Source: Toensbergia leucococca (lineage: Eukaryota). Taken from it: 51,407 nucleotides of DNA. The position numbers were made by a program, and so were the translations under genes. Of this stretch, positions 37,826-49,077 are shown one piece after another. The DNA lies in assembly GCA_022813965.1 (NCBI GenBank), contig JALDZS010000166.1, positions 1-51,407 of the forward strand. Direction: 5' to 3'. The first letter of the stretch is position 1. Each line of letters starts with the position of its first letter. Below the pieces are notes generated by a model. It worked only from the letters and a program-made list of their open reading frames with translations. It was not told the DNA's origin and did not search any database.

Positions 37826-40800
37826 CTACAGTCCATGCTTCCCATGCAGCTCTCTAAACATAGAAGGCCTGCCAAGTAATTCCCCCGGAGGCGCAAATTC
37901 AGCAAGTCTTCCGTGATCCAGGACAGCTACCATGTCCGAGTCCAAAATCGAATCCAATCGATGAGCTACAGTGATAATAGTGTGTTGACTGAATTCGTCA
38001 CGAATTACTTGCTGCATGAGCTTATCAGTCTCCGTGTCCACACTGCTGGTGGCTTCATCAAGAATCAAGATCTTGCTCTTACGGAGCATAGCTCTTGCCA
38101 AGCAGAATAATTGTTGCTGGCCCTGGGAAAGGGGCTGCGATTTCATTTCCGCGTCTAGGCCACCACGGTCTTCGATAATCTCCCAGAGATGGATCTTGGA
38201 CAGTGCCGCGATGATGAGCGCATCTGAGCTGGAGCAGGTGGGATCGGCGTTTACGCGGACACTTTCGCTGAGAACGAAGGGATCTTGAGGAATGGCGATG
38301 AGGCGTGATCGGATCAATTCTCGAGATAGTGTCTCCAGGTCCATTCCGTCAATCAAGATTGTCCCTGACTCAAGGTCTAGAAGACGGAGTAGCGTGAGTA
38401 AGAGCGAACTCTTGCCACTATGATGAATCAGCAACGAATATTCTAGGATCCAAACAACTCTCGTAAATGAATGACAGTAGCTTTGTGTGGCACTTCTGGA
38501 GCTGAACATCGCTTCCGCGAATCGACTTACCTGCCAGTACGCCCACAAATCCCAATTTTCTGGCCTGGAGATATTGACATTGAGATATTACTGAGAGCAG
38601 GAGCCTCGGGTCTAGCTTACATTCAGCATTCGGAAACAGCATTGTATCACAAGGGAGATTTCTGACCCATAGGAAGCAGTGACATTGCGAAAGTCCAAGG
38701 CTCCCTTTTCTGGCCACTCTTCTAGGGGCACTTTATCCTCCCCTGGTTTGTTCTCTGAGACTGTGGTTTCCTGAAAGGTCTTCAACCTGGCAACCGCGCC
38801 AAGTGATGTTTCAAGCATGGTCCAAGCGTCCACGAAAGCCGCAAGGTTCTGGCTAAATCCCAAGACAGAGAAAAGAGCAACACCGATCAAACCAGGGTTG
38901 GTCGTGCTACGCAACTCAACTGCCATTGTGACCACAAAAACAGCCATTGCAGCAACAATGAGATCGAGGACTAAATAAAGCCATACTTGAATACAATATA
39001 GGAGGTAAAATGGTGCTTGCGATGCATCAAGGCGTTGTACGTTGGTTTCTCTAGATTCGTCTTGCCAACTGAACGCCCGGATGGTTGCTAGGCCGTCCAA
39101 ACTCTCCAAAAAATGAGAGTAAACCGGGCTTTTTGCTTCTAGGTCTAGATATCGAAGCTGACGAGAAGTCCTTAGATAAACCTTCTGAAGCATATAGATA
39201 GCGACTAGGAAAAACGGAATTGATGTCGCCACATAGGTAGATCCGAGAGATGTAAATGCCGCTGTCGCGAGAACTCGAAACCCCTGGGTCGTCGTCATCA
39301 TGCACGAAACGGGCAGATTGCGATCAATCTGTTGCATGTCTTGGCTAAATCGATTTACTGTCACTCCTGTGTCTGTTTCAGAAAAAAACGACTGAGGAGC
39401 TGTCATCACTGTCTGCAAGAGAGCATGATGAAGCCGGGTAGAAGCCTTTGGGCCCATGCGAACAAAAAACAAAGAAATGGTCAATCCCTGGAAAACAGTA
39501 GCGCCGAGGGATAAAACTATGTAAACGCTGAGGTACTTCGCAATGTGAGCTCCGTTGTCGTCTGTCCACCACTTGAGCCAGATCCGAGGGAAGGTTCCCA
39601 TAAATGTGCTGACGATGACACATCCAAGACACCCCAAAGCGCTGAAGAGTCCAACAGACCGGAAATAGAATCCATAGACGGCAAAATCCCCTGTCTTTCG
39701 AGTTAAATCCATCAAGTCATCTTTTTTAGCCTCCGGAAAAGGTTTCTTCTGTAAGTCCTCAATAACAGACGTACTCGTTTCGTCAGCTGAATGAGATGAT
39801 TGAAGAACGAGGCTGTTGATGTAACCCTTTTGGTTTCTCAAGTCCTCAAATTCTCCCTGTTGAGCCATCTGTCCATCGGTTCCCAGTACCATGATATGAT
39901 TTACCAAGTGAAAATGGCGAGTGGTATGAGTGATTAAGAGTACCGTTGTCCCAAGCTTTCGAAACAGACCTTCCGCGCCTAGCAGTCGATCCACAACTAA
40001 CTGCTCTGTCTTGCTATCTAGTGCACTAAGCACGTCGTCTAAGAGGACAGTGTCTCGTCTCGCATAGACTGTACGAGCCAGAGCTACACGCTGTTTTTGA
40101 CCGCCACTGAGAGTCAATCCCCGACTTCCAATGACGCTCTGGTCACCCTCGGGAAATTGAAGCATGTCCTCGTCAAGAACACAGGCATACACGACACTTC
40201 GATACCACTCCTGATCTATAGCTAATTTGTTATTCAGCCCACAGATGCTTTGCTGGATGCTAATATTGAGGAGCCAAGGTCTTTGCGCGCAGTAACTCAT
40301 CGTTTTGGAAGAAACAGATATTTGGCCACTCTTACAGGGGAGCTCTCCCAGGATCGCTTTCATCAATGTTGACTTTCCAGACCCTACAGGGCCGACCAAG
40401 ATATTTATTGTGGAAGGTACCAGTTTGACAGTAATGTCCACAAGTGCGGGATCTGAAGTAGGTGAAGGGCAAATTGTTGCTGAGACTACTGATATTGCTG
40501 ATGCTTCTATGCCGGGGGAGAAAGGATTTGTTTCGTATCTCTCGTCATTCCACGAGGGAGCAAGAAGGAACTCTTGGACCCGCCTAAAATTTGCCATGGC
40601 AGCCGAAATTATGGGCATAGCGTACAACAATTTGCCCGCAGGTACCGTCAGTAAAGCAATAATCGCTAACGAGGTAAAGGCTTGGTTTGTAGATAGAGAA
40701 GTGGATCCATTCAGCTTTGCTTGAATGGCGTAGGCGACAAAAGTCAGGACTGGAGCAAATATGGCAGGAGCATTTGCGTTCATGTTCATGGTTACGATCA

Positions 40801-42405
40801 AAGATCGAAAGCTTCTTGCCAACTCCAGTTCTCGTAGACGTTGATCTTGAATGCTTGTAGCTAATGTTTCAGCCAACCCCATCATTTTGACACTTTTCAT
40901 ATCACCCAACATCGAAGATGTCATAGCAAGGCGTTTCTGAGACGCGGCAGTCCAAAGCCTTTGCCTGGGTTGAACTAGCTTCGCAATCCATGTACTTCCG
41001 ATGGTGCAGAGAGCAACTACAAGGATTGGGATGATGCAAACCCATCCCAGCTCATTCGCCAGCAAATAAATACCAATCGCGACCTCAAGAAAGGGAGCCC
41101 AAACTTCGAAGAGCCTCTCAATAGTGCCATTGATTCCGTCAACGTCTGTACTCATCAATGTGATAGCTGCCGACTCATCGTAAACTCCATCCTGTATCAA
41201 AAGTGTCCGATCGTATATGAGCCCGACGAGAGCACCTCTGAGCATGGTATTGGTTCGATAAAGCCGATGTTGATACTGTGCATCACCTATTGCTGCGCCT
41301 ATATAAACGAAGGCTGCTGCAGCGATCAGAACGTAGCCAGCTTCATGACTGCCGGACGTTACCGGATCGCTGACGAAGCTGATGACTCGACTGATGAGAA
41401 ATGGCTGAGCGTATTTGAAAAAAATTAAGCACAGACGTGGGAAGATCATAAATATAAGAGGCCAGCGGAGGCATCTTGCGACTGCCAAAGGCAAAGTAAG
41501 TGGGCCCTCGGGTTTAGCTATAAATATATCAGTAATCTGATACTCAAAACGCGTAGCCTACCATCTCACATCGCCTCTCCCAACTAAGTTGCATCTTCAT
41601 ACGAAGAGGCTCTGATAAGAGCTCATTATCAATCGAGTATAGATCTTTCATGGAAAGCAGGCTTTGATATCCCAGAGCAAACAAAGGATGTAGCCACCAT
41701 AAAGAGGCTCTGTTGAAGATACCCGAAGTCGCTTCGGGCGGATATTCTCGATAAGGGTATCTCAAATAGGGCCTTTTGCTTCGAGCTTCCAAATATAATT
41801 GTAGTAATTTGACACACATGCTTGCCAAGAATATCTTTGGGATCAAAGATGCATCATTAAGAAGGTGCAAAGTTCGCAATTGAACAAGATCAAATATCAA
41901 CGATGAAAGGAGGTATAATTGAAGTAAACTTGATGGACGAACGGAGCGGCTGTGTTCAAGAGAGGACAGTTGATATATAGCTAAAGCATCAAGGAATGAG
42001 AGAACAGCAGATGGAATCGAGGCCCGGGTGCGAATGAAACTGGGCTTTGACCATAGTACGAGCAGTGTTAGTTGGAGGCCTGCCAAAACCAAAGCTGTAA
42101 CCTAAATGGCGGGTTCATAAGTGCCTGGTCTCTTTTGGTTGATATCTTCGGGCACATACTACTTTGGCGCCATAGATCGAATGTGGTAGGGTCTTTAGGC
42201 TTGATTTGCGCAGCGAGTATATTCTTATGGGAACAGCAAGCAGGAGCAATACCGAAGGCACAATTGATAGGATGCTTTGCTCAAACATCAAAGTGAAGTC
42301 AAAGCCTTGACGGCAAGAGGCCGAGACAATTGGGCCGAAGGCCTTGTCAGCCTCAGGCGAGCAAGTATCGGCGGTTCCATACATGTAGATTTGGTTCGGG
42401 ATCAT
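37826..42405 (-). CDS. ABCC/MRP-type multidrug ABC transporter
   Basis: N-terminal D..FGP....CR.GFDFTL.FEQ (TMD0). NBD1 has GPVGSGKST, LSGGQKQR and LLDD.LSALD. NBD2 has CGRTGS|GKSS, LSQGQQQL, LDEATSSVD and AHRL. About 4 introns. Confidence 0.95.
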
Positions 42406-43294
42406 ACTTGAAGGCGACGTTGAAGAGAAGAAAGAAGAAGTGCCTCTTAATGAAATGCAAAGCGATTAGAGACTGAAGGGATTCTTTAGTAAGGCAAAGA
42501 CGACGCCTCAGCGCCTCAGGCTCTGCTGCCTAGAATCATTCCGATTTCTGAAAGCATGCATGTTGAATGGCAATCCTTCAGCGAACCCGTCAATTGGCTA
42601 TCTTAGTAAGAGGGGCGGGTATGAAGTATGGAGTGTGGGAGTACACCATCTGTAGGTAGGAGGCATGGGAGGTAGGTAGATAACATTGCGGCGTAAGATA
42701 GCGTATTCGAGATTCCCTCATTCGCCAAGTCCGATAGCTCGTTTAGTAGCGTCGGGTAGCTCCTACCTAAGGTAGACTAGTCAAAGAGTACGTGCACAGA
42801 CCATGTCACTACTCATACAGATCAAAACACGCCCACCTCAACAACCAAACCTCAAAGTCAACATCAAGCCACCATCACAATTTCCACAACCAACCTCCAT
42901 GCTTTCGCATCATACCGCTCTCCCATTCATGCCAATCCCTTTACTTGATCCCAATGCGGAATCGGAAAACCTGACTAGCCCTGGGTTACATTTTTGCAGG
43001 AGTCCTGTATGAGAATGCTGTGCCGAAGCCGCAAAAATATAGAGGGGATTGGCGTAAGTTGCGTCCAGGACAGTGGTGTTGAGATGGTGAGTGGACTCTA
43101 CGCTAGCGTACGAGTAGGGTTTCCGGTACAGCGCAGGCTCGTGTTTGCCAGGTTTAGGGCTGTCATCGGTCGAGCCATTGCGGACTTGAATGCAGTAAGT
43201 AGGTTGGGTTCTCTTTGTTGATTGCAGTAGATGACATACAAATGAAAAACGTGTTGAGTTTACAAGATTCAAGGAGTAGCTTGATAATAATCTG

Positions 43295-45780
43295 TCATTG
43301 GTCCTGTTGAGTATCATCTTTTATATAAAGTGGAGGAGCCAACACTTCCTCACCATCACCATCTCCCTTAACCCACACCTTGGCCAGCTCTTGCTCTATC
43401 TCTTCCCTCCTGTTCTTCCATTCTTCCACCATACCAAGCCTTTCCCGAAGATCCTGCAACTCACGTTCCACCCCCATCTTCTCTTCCTCAGTCCCGATCC
43501 GTTCAAATTCCCACTCTGAACCCTCGTCGCCAAGCCCTAGGCTCAGATTGAACGTGTGGTACTTCTTCAAAGAAACCCTCGTTGAAATAGTGATCAGCGT
43601 GATCCCCTTTTCCTTGGCCTTTTCGTATAGAAGACCTTCCACGTCCGATGATACGGCTGAAGTTCCTTCGTCGATAAATGCATACCGAGGTTCGTGGTAC
43701 ATGATCCGAGCCATAGCCATCCGCTGCTTCTCCCCACCACTCAACACGTCCTTCCACTCCTTCCTGCAGTCCCAGCCACCTTCTCGCTGAGGCAAATAAC
43801 CCAACCTTACCCCCTCAAGCACGATGCTCAGCGAGTAATCGTTTCGATTGCGATCGCGCATGTCTATCTCTGTGTCCGGATATATGACTTGGTCTCGTAA
43901 TGTTCCTATGCTAAGATACGGTCGTTGGCTTAAGAACATGACTCCATCAGTACCGATGCGTCGAGGCCGACTGACGAGACCGCGATAGACAGGCCACAAG
44001 CCTGCCACAAGACGAGCTATGGCCGATTTCCCTACTCCATTTGGTCCCGATATGAGCAGATGCTCACCAGGTCGAACAACAAATGACAAAGAGTCAATGA
44101 GCTCATCTCCGCCACGTGGAAAGATGGCAGGGGCTACGACAGGCGCCTTTTCTAACCTTATGCCGTCGTAGCCTTTATGTATTGTGCCCTGAACATCAGA
44201 TAGCGAGAAGAGTTCACATTCTGTGCCACGCGGCGGATAGTAAGCGTTTGCATGGACTCGGTGGAGCGTCGAAACGAGAGTGTAGACACGAGACGTATAT
44301 CCTGCAAGCTCCGAAAGATCTTTGATGCTGTACATTATCCTCCCACCAGCATCTGCTAACGACAGCATAAGACGCTTGTTGGTGATGAATTCCTTCATTC
44401 GGCCTTGTTCACGGCCGAATTTCTCGTTCCCATCGCCCAGCTCAAGAACTCCACCCAAACCACCCCAAGCTGGGAGAAAGACCGGTAACGAGGTGATTAG
44501 GTATCCAAAGGCAGACCAAGAATATTTCAGCACAAAGTCCTCCAGCATATTATACCGAATCTTAATCCTGTAGATACCTTCCATCCAGCCTTTCAAATCC
44601 TTGAAGCCTTTGTCAAGGAATATCTTCTCCATGTCTGCACCACCATAGAACGCTACCTCTTCCGCATTAGCAATCAATCTAGAATGCAGACCTCGAAAGT
44701 CCCCCTCTCGACGAGCCTCCACTGCTTTGAGTTTGCCGAAGGGTGGTGATAGTCGGCGAAGTGCTGTGGCAGTTATAAAATAATTACTTGCAAGACCTGC
44801 GAAAGCCAAAGGTCCAAGTGATCGGTAAAGCTGATAATTAAAGACGCATATGTCTAGGAGCGGTTTTCCTATTGATGAATACAAAGAAGCGGTTGACGCT
44901 GTGAACATGGTCAAATCTGTGCATATAAATTGATCCACAGCTTGACAGCCGCCGTCCAGGTTCGGGAGTTTATAGTAGCCAAGATTATCGTTAAGATACA
45001 GATCATGTATGTAACGTGTCAACCTAGTCCGGAATGCTATTGACACTTTGCTCTGTAGGAATTTGATAGCAGCATTGACATATGAGGCACAAGCTGTAAA
45101 GGTCAACAACTCGATTACATCGATTACCCCGGACGTCACGTACCTCCTATACCACACCATTTGAAGATACCCCAAGTGAAGGCTCTACCGTGTCCACCAA
45201 CGAGATCCCTTACTATCTCTCCATCTAACTTCGCCGTGACTAAGCTCAACCAAGTCCTAAGACCCAAAAATATTCCTTGACTGACTAATAGCAATGACTC
45301 CTTGCTGTTCCAATGCGGGATCATAATACTCAGAAGGCTGAGGAACTGATGAAGAAACGCGAGGTTGAGACCAGGTCGAGTGTTTGGTGGTGGCGCCTGA
45401 GGCTCCAGTCCTGCCACTCGTGGAGGGTTGAGAAACAGTCTTCTGTGTGCATCAAATGTTGTGGATTTGGTGGGATGTATGATCACTTTCGCAGTGGATG
45501 AGCGGTAAGGAACGAAGATTGTCCGCGATCCATCCTTGCCCCTCAAGCCGGAGTTTCGCCGCAAGAGCCGTTGTTCCCTAGTTTTGTCTTCCGATCTCCT
45601 CTTAATCCATCTTACGCCCCCGTAAGTCCCAAAAATGATGGACAGGATGAGAGCGATAGTAGCAATCAGTCGGCCAGCTTTCGAGGTTCGCCTCCACGGC
45701 GATTTGATGAGCTGACCGCATTGTTCATACAGAGCGTACAACAGATCATTGGATCCTCGGAGGCTTGATTGGACCGCCAT
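43295..45780 (-). CDS. PXA1: Peroxisomal long-chain fatty acid ABCD half-transporter Pxa1
   Basis: MAVQSSL...TFDAHRRLFLNPP, EAA-like motif EEVAFYGG, Walker A GPNGVGKS, QRPYLSIGTLRDQVIYP, LSGGEKQR and DEGTSAVS.DVEG. One intron near 45086-45143. Confidence 0.9.
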
Positions 45781-47296
45781 TCCATGCCGAGCAATTGTCA
45801 CGCGTGCTGCGCATTAGATAAGTGAAGTAGTGATGAGGTCTGTGGCCATGCCTCTCGCAGTATTATTCAGGTTGGAGGAGCCAGAAGTACAACTGGATGT
45901 GGAAAATTCTTCTGGACATTGGCTGCTCGACGTCCTTTGGTGGGACGTGAGTGGAGTTGTTATGGGCTCGGTCGATCTCCAACATCACATGCATGCCGTC
46001 TCGTTCTCTCCTCCTTGGCGGCTGGATCAACTATTTATCCTAGAATATGCCAATGACACGCTAGACTGGCATTTGTTCGTGATTTGCACGGATGCGGAGA
46101 ACGCTAAGTATTAAGGTAGTGTGCGGCTCAGGGCTGCTTCAGAGTACGAAGACAGGAGATCAAAATATAGAATCAACATCCTCCACCCTCCCCAAAGGCC
46201 TAATTCCCAACACGAATAAAGCACAAACCCCACCCCTATCCTTCAAACCTCCATTTTCCCCCATTTCCCGCATCCTGAGCCCCAACACAATCCACCACCC
46301 CCCTTCCCCCACCAAAAACTAATCAAAAAGGCAAGGCAAACGAGCGCCTTTGACTGAATATAAAATCTTCTCAACCGACCCGGTAGATGATAACCTCTCG
46401 GCCCCACCTCCTACGACTCCAAATAAGAAATAATCAAGGTCCTACGCAACCAGTGCCGTCACCAAACCTCCCACGATGGTGTTCTCGGAGTGCGTCTTAC
46501 CGGTTGGAATGAGGTTGCTGGGTGGATTGTGCTGGCGGAGCTAGGTTGGGTAGAAGGGGAGAGGAGTTGGGGTGTGGTGGGGAGGAGCGGGGGCTTTTTG
46601 TCTCGGAGAGGACATCGTCACTAAACCGCCATTACTATTTTTTTGGTGATATATTTGCTCTGGTTTGGATGAATTGTTCTTTGGGATTATCCTAGTGAGC
46701 TTAGGGTGAGGGTTTGGGACGCCGAGCGTGTTTCTTGTGGTGGGAGAAGGAGAGGAGGCGTTTGGTCTTGAGAGAATGGAAATGACTGTTTCTACGATTT
46801 TTCCCCCGGCGGTGGTGTTGTTTGGGGAAAAATTGAATATTGATTAGAGTAGTGGATTTTTTAGAGTCTTGGTGGGTGAAATTTGAGCTTTGGAGCGTTG
46901 GAGGAATGTCCTTTTCCGCTCGTTTAGGGTATCGAGAAGAGTTGACGAACTGATTGTGCCTCTTTTGTTTAGAGGAGCACGGCTTTGCATTTCTGATTGA
47001 TGTCCCGCCTGTAGGCTTATACGCACCCGAGCAAATTAAAGGGGAGGGTTCAGACAGTAGACAACAAAAGAAGCAATGCCGAGAGAACTTCCAATGCGAT
47101 AGAAATAAAAGCTTTGGATAAAAAGGAGGCTATATTGAAATCGGAAGATGACAAAAAAAGGTTTCAAATGGTATCATCGATCGACGAGTAAAATGTGACA
47201 AGCGTAAAAAACCCTAAACGAAAAAAATGCCATGAAACGCCTCCCTAGAATATGCACCTATAAGCCGCCGTCGCAGAGAAAGGGAATATGCTCCGT

Positions 47297-48851
47297 TCAG
47301 CTGCTGCTCGTGCTGACGCCTGCGGGCATATTGGGTGCCGGCTGGCCTACGTGGCGCTTCTTCTCCTTCTTCGCCCATCGCACTGTGAATTGAAAATCAG
47401 CTGGGTAATCCCTAACAAAAAGGGGGTTGAAACGACTTACGTCCGCAGGCATTACACAGTGTTTTCGGCCCATTGGGGCCCTTTCTCCATTCGGGCGAAT
47501 CCAACGTTCCGCAATCGGTGCATACGTACTCGTCGGCAACTTTGAGTTTCTTCTTCTTGTCGCTCCCTCGACCTTCCTTATCGACTGGGATAGCAATGCC
47601 GGCGTCGCCTCTGATGAGCGCGGGACTAGCGTCGCCGGTGCTGATGCCTTGTGAGCGTTCCCCGTCTCGATATCGGAGTCCCGTGAGCATTTCGATGGTT
47701 TCGATGTGGGTGGCGCCTTCGTAGCGGGCCATTTTGTCGTTAATGCTGTCGGGTTTGGAACTGGCGTTTGCTTCGTCAAGGTTTTGCTGGGTGAGGGCTG
47801 TGTTGGATATGCTGGGTTTGGCGGGTGGGGGCATGCCGTTGTAATCGGATGCAGCGGATGTCATACATGCAGAAGCTGGGGCGTCACTGTCCGTCCGCTG
47901 CGTATCTGAGGGTGTGATACTGCCGTGGCCTTCTTGTTTTTTGAGCCAGTGCCGTTGTTGGGCTTCAACTTCGTCCTGCTCTTCTTTGCGGAGGTCGGCG
48001 ATGCGTTTTGTTAGGCGCTCATTCTCGATCTTGTGTTCTAAGAACGAGTCGAGAAGGTTTGCATTTTTGGTCGGGTAGGGACGGGCCATCATGAAGAAGC
48101 CTCTGCAGAATCCAGCGGCGTTGTTGGGGCCGAAGACGGCGGCTTCGGAGGTTAGATGCGGATGGCCATGAGATTCAAAGATGGTGTAGGAGTCGTCTGC
48201 TTTACGAAAGCGGTAGAAGAAGCGGAGGGGGTTTCCGGTGGATATGGATTCATTGAATTCGCGAACGAAGACGCCGCTGTCGTCTAGGTGGATGAAGTCA
48301 ACGATAAATTTGCCGACTAGTTGCTCGTGCTCGTAGCCGGTGAGATTCTTGCTTGAGGGCGAGACGTAGAGGATTCGTCCGTCCGGGGTTAGGATGTGGA
48401 GAAAGTCTTTGAGCTCTTCGAGAACTCGTTGTGACCAGTTCCGTCTTTTTGTAAATTCGGTCAATGTACTTCCGCCATTCATACTTGCTGAAGCCCCAAA
48501 GCCTGTTGGAAGGGGGCCTGCGCCCGCGCCGGTCATATTACCATTTGCAAGTGGATTGGCGCCGTTGGACTCGTTTATCGGCTGGGTGGAAAGCGATTCA
48601 GCGGGGTTGTAGGATTGCGGTTCCGAGTCGTTGAGGCTCAGGTCTAGGTTCATAGGCAACATGTCGACATCTAGACTATCCACCATGTTCCCACCTTGCT
48701 CCAGCATATCCGTCATTGACGTATCGCCCCCGACGAGCCCGCCCATCTGTCCAGGTTTTCAGTATACGAGGCTTTGTATCTGGGGCTTCAGACTCACATC
48801 TGGGGCCATACTGGATGATAATACATCCTGTCCCCCATCATAAAGCGACAT
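47297..48851 (-). CDS. wc-2: White collar-2 / LreB PAS-GATA transcription factor
   Basis: Exon 1 [33 protein letters not shown] domain; [28 protein letters not shown] finger [35 protein letters not shown]. Confidence 0.96.
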
Positions 48852-49077
48852 TCCGGGTGATACGCATCAATCCAGCGTCTTTGCACTTCAACTATTAACT
48901 TGAAGCGTTGAAAAGCGGATCTCCAGTCACGTTTTTTCGTGGGATAATTTCCCCGCAACAGGCTTCCAAACGCGAAACCTTTCCACCAACCACAGCCAAG
49001 GCGAAACATACACATAGCGTTCAGTCATCCGGCACCACAACCAGTGATTTGAGGGAACCCAGCGAGTGAAGGGAAGA
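48852..49077. promoter_or_regulatory. Putative shared bidirectional promoter and 5' UTRs of wc-2 and RAD50
   Basis: Only about 226 bp lie between the divergent start codons. Confidence 0.55.

Noticed and set aside
42792..43317. Short ORFs between the ABCC gene and PXA1
   Set aside because: No homology cues; they overlap the PXA1 3' UTR and the ABCC promoter.
46701..46718. Telomere-like TTAGGGTGAGGGTTTGGG as a possible telomerase RNA template
   Set aside because: Imperfect repeat, and too little room before the nearby splice site for a pseudoknot plus CR4/5 domain.
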